Below are positions 12,601 to 26,099 of a DNA stretch of 64,000 bases, piece after piece. The stretch comes from Gnetum montanum (lineage: Eukaryota > Plantae > Gnetophyta), in the NCBI GenBank assembly GCA_015680685.1, contig MNCI01001480.1:287253-351252 (forward strand), in the 5' to 3' direction. The translations under genes and the position numbers were made by a program. The notes under the pieces were generated by a model, which was given only the letters and a program-made list of their open reading frames with translations, was not told the origin of the DNA and searched no databases. Each line of letters opens with the position of its first letter. Position 1 is the first letter of the stretch.

Positions 12601-15600
12601 TATGAGGAGCTCCATTGGGTCAATGCATATTGTTGATTTAGAGTTGTTTTTTGATGTCAACCACTAGGTACCTTCCTATTTTGTGGCTGCCACATACAGG
12701 GATCATTGAATATTTAATGTCTTAACACAACTATTGCATGTTATGATGAATGTACTCTTCATAGTCCATATATTTTGTACACAATGATATGTTATGTCAC
12801 TATATGCGATGCATGGAACTTGCTTCTGCTTGAGCTATTCAAATTCATTTTCCTTGGAGATTTTCAAGGAAAGATATCTAATTCTCATCTTCGCATCAAT
12901 TTTACTAAGCCAAGAACTTTCCATGATAATAGGAAAGTCCCCCTTATCCATGTGGGTCATCAGGAAATTTGCTAGATATGACCAACCATAGATAGTGGTT
13001 ACAATGTCCTCCACTAATCCTCACAGAATGGTGATAGACTGATCTGCAAGCTCTAATATGATACTACATTTATTGAGTAGAGGCAAGTTCCATGTCTTAT
13101 ACATCTAATAAGAGATTAAGTTTAATCATAAACTTGAATCTAGTAGGGCCTTGCATGGATTATTTCCTACAATCTATAAATAGATTAAGGTACTTGTTGG
13201 ATTAGATTTCCTCCTAGGAAAGTGACCTATCTTAATCCAATTTGTTACTACATGAGTTAACATGATAGTATGAACACTGACCCTTTGGTTTAAAGATGGC
13301 TCAAGGATAATTGGAAGTAGGTGATGTAGGGTTAGCAGCTATAGGTGTTTTTGAGAATTTTTGTGGACTATCTGGTCTGAAGAAAGTCCTCTTCCTAGGC
13401 TTGTACCCAAGACCACTTAGATGGTCATCTGGCTATAAGTTCATTGTCCTCATTGCATTTTGTTGTTGTGGCTACAGTGGAATCTCCCCTTGTATAGGCA
13501 GTGTAGGTGATAAGAAAGTGGTATTAGAAGATGTAGGGTGAGTTAGTGGATACATAGGAGGATAAGTTGAGAAAGACTTAGTTTGCTAACTGGGAATTCT
13601 ATGATATTTCAAAGGGTAGTAGTGATGAGAGAAATGAGTGTGGCTTGTAGAGCCATGAGGGGATACAAATTTCTAGACACAATATCCATAGGAGTCTTGC
13701 TATTAATAAGAATATTGCTACTGTGAGGGTGACATTCCTCATGACTGTGGGTTTTGCAATTGCTGATACTACTCTTGAGGTTAAGGTGGCACTCTACTTG
13801 GGTAATACTATGTTGGATGGAACTACTACTTGTAATTTCCTTATGAATAAAAAAATCTCTTGGGTGGTTGCTTTCTTGCCAATTTTGGATTCAATGTATA
13901 CACACCAAATTCTTGCAGATGTGATACTATTAAACAACATCCCTTGGGATGTTCATACTAATAAATATCATATTCTTCAACATTTGTTTTTGAACTACAA
14001 TTTCATTAATTATTGTAGCCTTTCCTTTCTACTAATAGTAATCCATGCATGTATCTTTCCTTCTCCTTCTATCTTTATCTCTACTTTTCTACTTTGTCTT
14101 CTCCTTCATAATTTTGAGAGCAATTTGGAATTTCTCATCTAAGAAGTCTTAAATTTTATCCATCTTAGCCAATATTTTAGTAACATATTTTTGAATCAGA
14201 AAGGTTTTTCTTTACATCATTTTATTTAGATGTGCTTCCTCCTCTGAATCATAGAAATGTACCTCCCTTTTGGGAATGGAGGGATTCCTATTATATTCCT
14301 CTATGCTTTCTTTGTTTCTCAACTCTCCTTCTTTCTTTACCACCTAATTAGTCAGCATTTAAATTTTATGGTCTCTCATTATGAAGTCTTCCTTGGGCAT
14401 AGATCCCAAGAGTTTATCTAGTTTTATGTCAGTGCCCATCTATAATGTGTTGAAGCTACTCCCTTTGAGAAAATCCATGGTGTGGACATCGGTGTAAGGA
14501 GTAGTACTTGCCCAAGGCAACATTCAAAGATTTATAATTATCTTACTTCCATCCTTGGATTTGTTTCCTTAGATTTAACACTCTAGAGTACATTTAATAC
14601 TTATCATTAAATAGCTCTAGCATTGTACTTCATCTATGAATGGAAATTGACTCTAATGATCAGTACCAACTTTCAACTTCTTTGATGAGTATCATTGATA
14701 ATAATTTGAGCCATTTCCATTCATTCTCAATGTTTTGTAAGACACACACATCATGAAAGGCCTATAGATGATGCTGAGGATCAACATTATATTCTCCTTT
14801 AAATTCAGAAATATTGTTCATATCAAGCTTTTTAATTCTACTATCCCTTTGATGCTTAGTAGGAATTTGAATTACTTCTAAAATACTAAGAATTTTCCTC
14901 ATAGCCAACAATGGTTCATCATAGCCATTGTATTCATTGTGGTCCATATCATGTGTATGTCTTCTATGATGAGACCTATTGTACCTCCATTCTTGATGAT
15001 GCTCTCGTTCCTCGCATAGTTGCCTATGTTGTCGATTCGTTTCATCATAATGGAGCTTCTGATCATCTCCATCTTGATTCTAATCACTCCTCCTTCTATC
15101 TTGACCATACCTCCTCCTATTAGAGTTTGACAATGAGGAGGATGGTGAAGGTGGAGGACTAGGATAATGGTATCTACTAGTCCTTCTCCTATGATCCTTG
15201 GCTTATTTTTTCTCCTTTTTCTTAGATGAACAACTAGGATATCCTTACATTCATCTTCTTTGGGCTATGGACTCTATCCTCCCCTCATCTTGATTGTTCT
15301 CCAAGGTTGATTGCAACCGTTGGTGAAGTGTGACATCCTCCATGAAAGGACAAGAATATGTATACTAAGATAGCCTTGAGAAGAAATCATGGTTCTCTTT
15401 CTATAATTTTAGAAAAAATAGTGTCGATATCCTCTTGTCCTTAAAGGCTTTATGCCATGCTTCCATGTGTTGATCTTTTCTGAGATGGGCTTTTGAGGGT
15501 TGATAACCTGTGAAGGTATGATCTGTTACCTCATACTTTGCATCTCATGATTCAATTTTTAGCTTTACAATATTGGCCATTACCATGGTAGAAATAGATC

Positions 15601-15817
15601 GATCAAGAGGTAATATAATCTTACCCTCCATATTCCTCTAGTATAACTTTTTATCTTGATGAAGAATAAAGGTGAAATCCAAATAGTAGGTATCTAGATG
15701 TGCATAGACTACTTTCAGCTACTGAGGTTTCTCATCGGTAGTCCATTTAGTCTTATTATGTTATTGATTGAAGTCATCGACATGGGATGGTAATTCATTC
15801 CTACAAGAAGAAGCCAT
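9630..15817 (-). pseudogene. Element A gag-pol (gag, PR, RT, RNase H, IN), degenerate
   Basis: On the reverse strand: gag DPQHHL (~14770), protease ALLDSS (~13145), RT WVSPLMIVPKK / FLDGYSGY / MPFG / FMD (11800-12160), RNase H and integrase IDFMG (~10500). Confidence 0.88.
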
Positions 15818-15958
15818 TTTAGTGATGTGTATAAAGTATACCTTGATATAATTTTATTATTATTATTTTCTATGAAATATGACTCATTATATTTTCCTTA
15901 TAACAATTTTATATTAATTCACTATTTAACAATACCTAGCGTACTTAGCTAAACTAAG

Positions 15959-15976
15959 TCCCTAATAGTGATACCA
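15959..15976 (-). promoter_or_regulatory. Element A primer-binding site (decayed tRNA-Asp PBS)
   Basis: TGGTATCACTATTAGGGA differs from the Athila tRNA-Asp PBS TGGCGCCGTTGCCGGGGA only by transitions. Confidence 0.7.
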
Positions 15977-15977
15977 A

Positions 15978-16800
15978 TGATGAGAAGCAGGTAGATCGTA
16001 TGCCCAATCATATGAATTATTTACCTAAGTGGCCAATATTCCTACATAGTGAATTATGTAGTTGTAAGTTGTTGTCTTCCTAATCTATACTTGTATTAAT
16101 TTGTGCATAAGATTAAGTGTGGTTGAGGCATATGATATTTATTTTTTATATTTTTACTATTTTTCTCCTACTTGCTAAATGAGTATATGAATTAACATTT
16201 AATACTTAAATTAACTAATAGATTAATTACTTCGTTAACTAACTATCCTAATGTAGAGTATCTATTCCCACTTGCCATATACATCCTAAACCTATATTAA
16301 CGCTATTGGGTTACTGAGTGTATATGATTGGGTGCACCAATTATCTACCATTGGGATTACCAAGCATTAATATATCATGATCAAAGTGGACATACCTACA
16401 TTTCTTATGAACAATAACATTAGTTACCAAAGAACAAGAATGTAAATTACATGTAAAATAAATTATTAAAAAGTTGAATTATGCTAGTCTAAGTGCTATA
16501 ATGGATAGAGAGAATCTCAATTTTATTGTCGTATATGCAAATGTGTCCAAGTATATGTGCACTTAGATAAAATATTGTACAATCTCTTAAATTCACACTG
16601 TGGGTACTCAAAAGAAAAATATTCTAACTTTTGTGGAAAGAAACTACAAGAATTCGGCTAAGGCTACAACCAAAGCATGCCATGAATGTGAAGGGTATGT
16701 GCATTTATATAGGCAACACCTACATCAATGTTGACATACATGCATCAATGTATCATAGGATGCATCGATAGACATGCTTCGATGAGGTTGCATCAATGGG
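15978..16800 (-). repeat. Element A 5' LTR (main part; last 38 bp displaced to 30073-30110 by B)
   Basis: Aligns with 3945-4500. The terminus CATGTGTCAA...CATCA reappears right after B. Confidence 0.85.
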
Positions 16801-17705
16801 TGATGAGTAGACAGGTTGCAATGATGTACATATGTCAAAGTAGCCCCATTGATGTAACCTTGTTAATGCATGGTCAAATGCATTGACATAGATGTAACGA
16901 CACTAACACAAGTAGGGCCTATATAAATGCACTCATCACCCACATTTATGGCACTTAGAATTCTAAGAATTCATAGTGTAGCGAAGTTTTTATAGTTTCT
17001 ATTTTCTAGAGTTAAAATATTTTTCCTCTGAGGACCCGTAGTAAGAATTAAGAGATTGTACAAGGCTTTATTCAAGTGCCTATGTACTCGATCACATTGG
17101 CATGAACGACAATATAGTTGAGATTTTCTACATTCATTGTAGCACTTAGATTATTTTCCTCTTTATGTTCAACACTTTATTCTTAAATCAATTTATATTT
17201 ATGGCCTTGAATAATTAATATAATTAATCATAAAAAACATAAATATGATCGCTTTGAGCATAATATATTGCACTTGGTAATCCTAGTATTGGATATTTGG
17301 CATGACCAATAATACCCACTTGGTAATCCAATAGCATTAATATGAGTTCGAGATGTGTATGACATGTGGAAATAGTTACTTTTTTTAGGATAATTAGTTA
17401 CTAGATTAGTTAAGTAGTTAGATAATTAATTATTAAATCTCCATTCACTCATCTTGGCACTAGGATAATATATATATATATATATATATACTTATAAAAA
17501 TAGATATAATGTATCTTAACTCACATTTAACCATACGTACTGATAATACAAGTGTAAGTTAGGAAGACAATGATCATACAACTCCATGATTCACTATTTA
17601 GGACTATAGGCAACTTAGGAAACCAAGTCTATAGAATTTGACTAGATTACTAGTGAATGCTTATTATTCATATGGTTGGGAGTAGGGGATACCTGTCACT
17701 CGTCA
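16801..17705 (+). repeat. Element B 5' LTR
   Basis: TGATG...CTCGTCA. TATA at ~16920 and a (TA)n insertion at 17468-17490. Homologous to 29185-30067. Confidence 0.85.
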
Positions 17706-17875
17706 TTGATGACATTACTGGGAATCTAGTTTAGCTAAGTGTGCTAATTAGTAATAGACTATGACTTTACGTAAAGACATTGTAAACATAAAACAACGAC
17801 TTATTATTAATTCAATAAGAAAGATACTTGAAAAATTGAAACATTAAAGGCATATTATTTTTATATATAACTAAC

Positions 17876-20800
17876 ATGGCTTCTTCTCATAAAAATGAAT
17901 CTTCACCAAACATAGGAGAATGCAATCAATGATAGGTGAAACTAAAGAACCTCAACAACTTAGAGTTATCTATGCTCATCCAAAGCCTTATAATCTAGAT
18001 TCTACTTTCATCTTTCATTAAGATGAACAAATGCACTGGAGAGACATGGAAGAAAACATTATGTTTTCTTCCAATCAATCCATTCCTACCATGTTAATGA
18101 TCAATTTAATCAAATTTGTCTTCACAACACTCAACACAAAATATGAGGTCGTAGACCACATGTATAGGGACTATCATCCTATAGATGCCCATTATAAGAA
18201 AGATCGGCACATGGAAGTGTGCTATGAGGCCTTTAAGGGCAAAAGGGTCATGACATCATTATTCTTATGACAACATAAAGAGGATGAGGATTTCTTTTTT
18301 GGCCAATCCTAACATATAGATTTTCGTGGTTTCTTTGAGGAGGACATCCTTCACGAACAATTACAATCAACCTTGGAAAACTTTGGTGATGGAAAGACAT
18401 GGTGTCAAGAAAATGGAGCCTTAAAGGATAGAAATCCTAGTCATTTGTCTAATGGTAAGGAGAATGATGAGAAGTAGAAAAAAGAGAAATAGAAGGATTA
18501 GGATAGGGAACGAAGGAGAAGTACTAGCAAGAACTGTTCGCCTAGTTTTACTTCTTTACCCTCATCATTCACATTTTCATCCAACTCTAATAAAAGGAGT
18601 TGGGGCCAAGAAAAAACGAGTAGTTGGGACCAAGATGAAGATGAAAGGTGGAATAAATATGACTGGAAATTTTGTTGAGATGATTAAGAACAAAGGTAGA
18701 GACAACCATAAGAGGGAGAAGAGCACCATTAGGAGCAAAGGCATAACAAGACTCATTATAGGTGTCATAGCCATGAAAGGGACCACCATGAATGAAATGG
18801 CTATCATGAGGCTCTGCTGGCTACTAGAAATATGATTAATATTTTAGAGATAGTGAGAATTCCCACAAGACATCAAAGATATAGACAGATTAAGATGCTA
18901 GGTATGAATAATATTCCCATGTTCAAAGGGGGATATCATGCAAATCCACAAAATCATCTACAAGCATTTCATGATGAATGTGCCTTGCAGAACATAGAAA
19001 ATGAATGGCATAAGCTTAAATTATTCACAAGGACACTCACCAAAGAAGAAAAATGCTAGTAATGGTTCTTGGAACTAGAATCTATTTGCCGATGGAGTAC
19101 CATATTAGAGCTATTTAATGACAAATACCAAATGTATTCCAGAGATTCTAACATACATAGGTAGATTCAATGATGAAAATAGTGAAATCATGAGTCCTTG
19201 AATGTGGATTTTGGTAGATACTACTCTCTTCTATACTAATTCTTAGGCCATGAATACTCTCAAAGGGAACAACTTCACCACATCATAGATGGACTTCAAA
19301 ATAAGACAAGGGAAATCCTTGGGGTCTATACCCAAGGAAGACTCTCTAAAATGTAGGTCCATCATATTCAAAGGTTGATAAAGTAGGTGGCAAAAGAAGA
19401 AGGAAAGATAAAGAAACATGAATGTATAGAAAAGTATAACAAAAACCCCTCCATTCACAAAAGGAAGGTGCATTTCTATGATTCGAAAAAGGAAGCATCT
19501 CTTGAGGAAGTGGTGCAAAGGAGGACTTTGTCAGTACAAAAATATTTCACTGAAATATCAACTAAGATTGATAAAATATGGGACTTCTTGAATGAGAAAT
19601 TTTAAATAATATCTCTTAAAATTATAGAAGAAAAAATGAAGCAAGGGAGTAGTGGTCAAGATAGAAGAAGAAAGAAGGATGTAGAAAAAGGTTACTATCA
19701 GCAAAAGGGTAAGGATGTAATGGTTAAAGAAGTTGTAGATTCTAAAAGAGATGATGATAGATGCCGTATCTATTAATATGAACATCCTAAGGGATGTTTT
19801 CCAATGCTATCACATCTACAAGAGTCTAGGGTATATGCATCAAATCTCAAATTTGCAAAATGGGAAACACCTAGGCAATTGCCTTCCCTACAAGGCAACT
19901 ATAGGTAGTAGTTCCAACAACCAATGTATTATCTAAGTGGAGTACCTCCTCAACCTCAGAAGCAATACTAGCAATGGAAATGCCCACAATCATGGGGGAT
20001 TCCACCATCATGATACTAGTATACTTATGGGTAGCCAAATCCTTATGTATATTATGTTCAACAACTTGTATTCCCTCATGACTCATCTAGCCGCACCTCC
20101 TTCTCTCACCACTACTACCCTTTGGAATATTATAGAGAAACTTCTCCAAGGGGGAGTCTCCTTTTCATTTTCCTCCTCCATTTCTCTTTAGTAGTCCTTA
20201 CACCATCAACAATCATAGCCTTGCAACTTGCTCCACCTTTTGCAGGGAAAAATTCTACCATAGCCACAACAATGAGACATTGTGAGGGCAGTAAACTTAC
20301 AACTAGATATTCATCCAAGTGGTTCTAAATAGAAACCTTGTAAGAGACCATTTTTTAAAATGAAAAATCCCACAAAACCCTCATAGAAACCTATGGCTAT
20401 TAACCCTTTCTCATCTACCTCTAAAAGTACTCTTGAGTCACCTTCAAACAAAAAGCCCTCCAATGGGTACATTGTCATATTAATTCATGTGGTCACTAAT
20501 TGGATAAAGGCTATCCACCTTTCTAGAAAGTGATCTGATCCTAGAAGTCCTCTTATCTATCTACAAATTGTAGGGAACAATCCATGTAAGGCTCTATTGG
20601 ATTCAGGTTCTAGGGTGAACTTAATCTCCCAAGAAGTGTATGAGATCTGTAACATGCTTGCTCTCCAAAAGAGCAATATTAGACTAGCACTTGAAAATCA
20701 AGCCATCACTATTCCTTTGGGACTAGTGGAGGACATCGTGATCACCATCTATGAGTGGTCCTATCCTACATATTTTCTTGTAATCCATGTGAATAACTAT

Positions 20801-23800
20801 AAGGGGGACTTCCCTACCATTATGGAAAGGGCTTGGCTAAGTACCATAGATGCCAAGATGAGGATTAGAAACCTTTCCTTAGAAATATCTAAGGAAAATG
20901 AATTTGTTAAAATGAAGAAAAAAGATTTTTATGCATTGCATACAACAAGACAGGTTCAAATTGCATGTATAAAATATGGACATTAAGGGGTACATATATC
21001 CAAGCATGCAACCAATGTGTTAAAACAATAGTCATTCAAAAGTTCTTGTATGCAAAAACCACAAAACAGAAAGGTACTCAATGGTTGACATCAGAACATC
21101 AAGCTAAATCCATAATATGCATGGAATCATTGGAGAACCTCACAAGAACCTACATGGAAAATATGGATGAAATGGATGATAGTCAACTCTTCCACACATA
21201 GAATGAAATGCATTGAAGAGAATTGGAAATCCCAAATCACTTTAAGAAGAAGCCCCTTGAACTAAAAAATTTACCGAAAACTTTAGAATATGATTTCCTT
21301 GACAATGATAAGCCAATAATCATTAATGCCAACCTTGCTAAAGATCAAAAAAAAGAAACTACTGAAAGTAGTGAACAAGTGGTCAACATTTTTTACTTGG
21401 TCATATCATGAACTAACAAGGATAAATCCATGGATATGCTAGCACCACATCTATATAGACTCTTCCATTAAGCCAAAGAGGCAATTGTAGAGAAGATTGA
21501 ACCTAAAAATTAAATAAGTTATCAAAGAAAAAGTAGAACAACTTCTTAAGGTCAAGTTCATATATCTGATTGTGAATAGCAAATGGGTTAGCCCACTCAT
21601 GATTGTACCTAAGAAAGGAGGGAAGTGGTGGGTTTGTATAGATTTCACACTGCTAATCATGGCAACCTTCAAAGATCATTTTCTATTACCATTTGTTTAC
21701 CAAGTATTTGTCACCATTACAAGATATTGTTATCACAACTTTTTGGATGGCTATAATGACTATAACTTGGATGTAGATCGTGTTAGAAGATGAGGCTAAA
21801 ACAACATTCAGAAGTCCCTATGAGATTTTTACATATTGAAAGATGCCCTTTGGCTTGTGTAATACTCCTACTACTTTTCAATACTTGATGCTTAGCATCA
21901 TCCAACAACAAATTGGTAGTGGATTAGAAGTCTTCATGGATAACTTCTCTACCTATGCTACCACATTTGAGCAAGCCTTGAACTATCTTGAGTAAGTGCT
22001 TCAAAAATGTGTAGAGACTAATATTAAGCTCAACTAGTAGAAACGCCACTTGATGATCTAAGAATACATAGTTTTAGAGCACGAAATTTTATTAAAAGGG
22101 TTCAAGGTAGACCTAGAAAAGGTATGAGTCATCCAAGGAATTACTAGACAACCTAAATGGTAAAAGATGTAAGATCATTTCTTGGCCATACTATTTATTA
22201 TCAGCATTTCATTGAGAACTTATCAAGAATTACTAAGCTATTGGTATAGTTAACAGAGAAGGATGCACCCTTTAATTGGACCAAGGAATGTGAGCTAGCA
22301 TTCTATCAGTTACAGCAAAAGCTCATGGAAATTCCCATTCTACATGCTCTAGATTAATCCAAACCCTTCTACATCATGATGGATACATCTAATTATGCAT
22401 TGGGTGCTATGCTTACATAATTGAATGATCAAAGATATTCTTATTACATCCATTATGCAATTAGAAGCATTATGGAGGCATAGTTAAATTACACCACAAT
22501 GGAGAAGGAGTTCATGGTGGTGGTGTATGCCTTAGAGAAGTTCAGGTACTATGTGCTTGAATATCAGATCTTTGTGTACATAGACCATAGTGCCATAAGG
22601 TTCCTAATGAATAAGCCATGGGTGAATCCCCATTTTATACTGTGGCTAGTGGTTCTATAGAAATTTAATCTTACAATGGTGGATAGAAAAGGAACTAAGA
22701 ATGTCATCATTGATCACTTGTCTTAGTTATGATGAGAAAGCAAAGAGGATGAGGGACCTTTATCTAATCAATTTCTAGATAAACTCCTCTTTGCAAAAGC
22801 TATTGAAGTTCAAGATCTGAAATGTTCTAATTGACACAATGAATTCTTCTCTTATCTACTCACTTAGGAAACTCCTCAAAAATGAGACAACAAGAAGAAA
22901 CAATAGTTTTGTCATCAAGTCAAGCATTACATGGAGATCTAGGGTAACCTTTACAAGGTTTGTACTAATGACTTGGTATGTGCTTGATGCTAGTCAACTA
23001 TGGATTCTCCCAGATGATCATGAAGGTACTAGCTTGAATCATTATGCAAGGAGAAGGATAGCTATGAAAATCATCATGCTAGGATACTTTTGGCCAACAA
23101 TCTTCAGGGATGCCCATCACCTCTCATATTCATGTGAGGGCTACCAAAGATATGGAGAAATGACCATATAAATGAAAGGGTTCCAACAACAGATCCAACC
23201 ACTATAGTCTTTTGACCTTTAGGATATTGACTTCATGAGGTCCATCAATCCCATGTTCAAAAGGAAGGCATAGAGCATAGTATCAATTAACTACTACATC
23301 AAATGAGCCAAACATCCAATCATCATTGATGGTTCATCTTCTAGTTTGTTCAACAAAGTGTGGTAAATAGGTTTGGTATGCCTAGGGCACTTATTTTTTG
23401 ATAATGGAACTCACTTTATAGGTGCTACTTTTCGAAAGCTAATACAACACCTAGGGATGCAACATAAATTAACTTCATATCACTCCCCCAAGCTAATGGT
23501 CAAGTCAGGGTTATTGACAAGGAAATAACCAGGATACTATCATGCACTATTAGTAAATATAGGAAGGATGAGATCACAAAACTTAACAATGCTTTATGGG
23601 CTTATCAATCAACTTGGAAACTTCCTATTAATTATTCTCCCTTAGTTGGTGCATGGAAAACTACCAATACTTTCCATCCAAGTTGAGCTCTCTACACTCT
23701 CAATGACCTATGAGCTTGACCTTGATCTAAGTCTAGCACAAAAGGAACATCTAATAATACTAAATGTGCTAGAGAATAACCAAGAAGGAGCCCCTATCAA

Positions 23801-24088
23801 TGAATGAAGAACATAAGGTACATGCCAAACAACATCATGATGCATGAATAAGGAGAGTTAAATTTCAACCTAGTGATTAGGTTCTTTATTAGAACTCCAT
23901 GCATGTACCACAAGGTACACAATTTCAAAAGATATGGAAACAATCTTACATCATTCTTGTAACTTTTTATTTAGATGTCATGATAATTTACCAACCTTCA
24001 AGCCTAGACAAATGACTGTTAGTTAACATCCAACAAGTAAAGCCTTTCCTAGAACCTAGGATAACTGATAGCACTAACACCTCAATAG
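17876..24088 (+). pseudogene. Element B gag-pol, degenerate
   Basis: gag FKGGYHANPQNHLQAFHDECA. Protease KALLDSGSRVNLI (~20590). RT SKWVSPLMIVPKKGGKWWVCIDF, FLDGY, MPFGLCN, VFMDNF. RNase H DTSNYALGA and NYTTMEKE. Integrase GYFWPTIFRDA, DNGTHF, PQANGQ. Many stops and frameshifts. Confidence 0.92.
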
Positions 24089-25570
24089 ATGGAAAAACAT
24101 GCTCTATATTTTAAATCTCCTCCTTTCACCTCAGTCATGGGGCAAATGGCCACATATATTAAGGCTGCCCAAATTTTCACCTTTTTGTTTTACATCATTC
24201 TTCATATGTTTTTGATTTTCTTAAATATTTTACTACTTGATATATATATATATATATTCATTTCTTTCTCTTAGTTTACTTTGTTTGGTTTCGTTTTGTT
24301 TTATTCATATGAAATCTCTGATTTTTTCCATTGCTACTACTACTACTAGAAGTTAATTAATGTAGTATTTACTATTATGATTGATTACTAAATGAAAATT
24401 TTCATCTGTAGATTATGTCCTCAAATTAACAAATTGTTACTTTTTTGGTAATATTAGGCACAACATCCATCCATTCCATCAAACTCTATAATGTTTTGTA
24501 TCATGTCCTTTCATACTTATAACTTAAAGTAATCAATGATCTTGTTACTTAAAAAACTTGGCATGGACCAAGTAGGAATGAACAAGGGTGTGACTTCAAG
24601 GGGATTTTTCATCTTTTATTTCTAACTTTTTTCTTGAGTTTCATGATTTTTCTCCGTTGATCACTTACCACTCCTATTGTTGACCATAATAAGAAGCATG
24701 TCTTTGGATGGTGTGGTTCCCATGATAAAAAGTATGGAAATTTAAAGTACACCCCTTATACAAATACAAGTTGCAAGCACTAGTTATGGGGCTAGAAAGA
24801 CATGTTATCCATGCCTAAAGGTACATCCTCTAACTAAGACCCTTTCTATCTTCTTGCTTCTTTTTTCTTCTTCTCTTGGAGTGGTGGTTGCACTTTATGG
24901 ATTGTTATAAACTATTGATGATTTAAGGGTCAGGATATGGCAATGCAAAGTCACTAAATGTGGATGGACTTGGTTTTGGTTAAGCTAGGGATGGTATCAA
25001 ATAATCTTTTAAACACATACTTCATAAGGACTTCATGTGACTATGATAAGGATCTCTTACCATTCTTTCTTTCTACCATCATCTTATCTCATCATTGATC
25101 ACTTCACTACCTCTTATCATGATCAATTATTGTATTTGTTATAGCAAGTGGCATAATCCTTAGATGATCTCTTCCATGGATTCAAATTTTAACTTCTAGT
25201 GACCATCAATCATCCTTAATGTCCATGAACTCCTTGTGTTGAAAGCATGTAAGGGCATCATAAGCATAAGCTTGCTTTGGGAAGGATCCACTTGCATGTC
25301 CTTTGATCTTCTTAAGTTAAACTTCCTATCCCTTGGCCATTTCCATAATCAATCTCATCAACTTGCATTCTAAACGTTCAGTTTTTCTTTGTTTTGGCAC
25401 TAACCATTCATCCAAATTCAATCTGATCTCCTCTCTGAATGAACTTGCAACCCTCTTCTATGTTTTTGTCATGCTTCTATGTTTTTATGACTTCCATTAG
25501 GCTCATGTTTCATCCCCAAACTCATTCAAAATTCCTTATTTCTCCTATGAAAAAATTGACTACAAACAAC

Positions 25571-26099
25571 TATGTCAACGTAGCCTCATCGATATAATGG
25601 GATGAGTCAATGTAGCCCTATCAACACATCCTCGTCGATGTAGCATAAAAACTCTATATACATGCATGACACTTAGACATTTTTTGCACCATTTCTTATA
25701 AATGCCAAAGGAGTTTTTCAATTTTTCAAAGCCCAACAATAAAACATCTAATAGTCATAACTTTCAAAGCTCAATTTACCCTATTTTTTGATCCTCAAGC
25801 TACCAAAGGTAAGCTTTCTATCATGGGGGACATAAGCCTTAGTTTTTTCCAAAACTTTTTTGGAAATTTTCCTAACTTGCCAAGGTTTATCCATTAAAAT
25901 AATATTAAATTACTCATTCAAAGTGGGTTAAGCCTAACAAATAAACTTTGGTAGCTAATCAATCAAATAATATTAAAATAATATAACTTGCTAAGATCAC
26001 AAACAAGCCTAAATATAACCTAATCTAATAACAAAAGTATCAAAAGAACTAAGGGTTATAAAGTAATGAGCTAATCTTAAGTTATGTTTGTAATCATAG
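25571..26099 (+). promoter_or_regulatory. Internal promoter and 5'UTR intron for the extra ORF of B
   Basis: RTCGAYG-type motif array 25571-25644, TATA 25655-25660, donor AAG|GTAAGC at 25809, branch CTAAT at ~26071, acceptor ATAG|ATG at 26099/26100. Mirrored in A. Confidence 0.6.

Noticed and set aside
15969-15976. TGGTATCA read as a tRNA-Met PBS for element A
   Set aside because: The full 18-mer is a transition-decayed tRNA-Asp PBS, like those of B and D.
18577-18807. Hydrophobic antisense ORFs (also 32610-32798 and 13723-14142) as membrane proteins
   Set aside because: They are shadow frames of purine-rich, low-complexity gag sequence.
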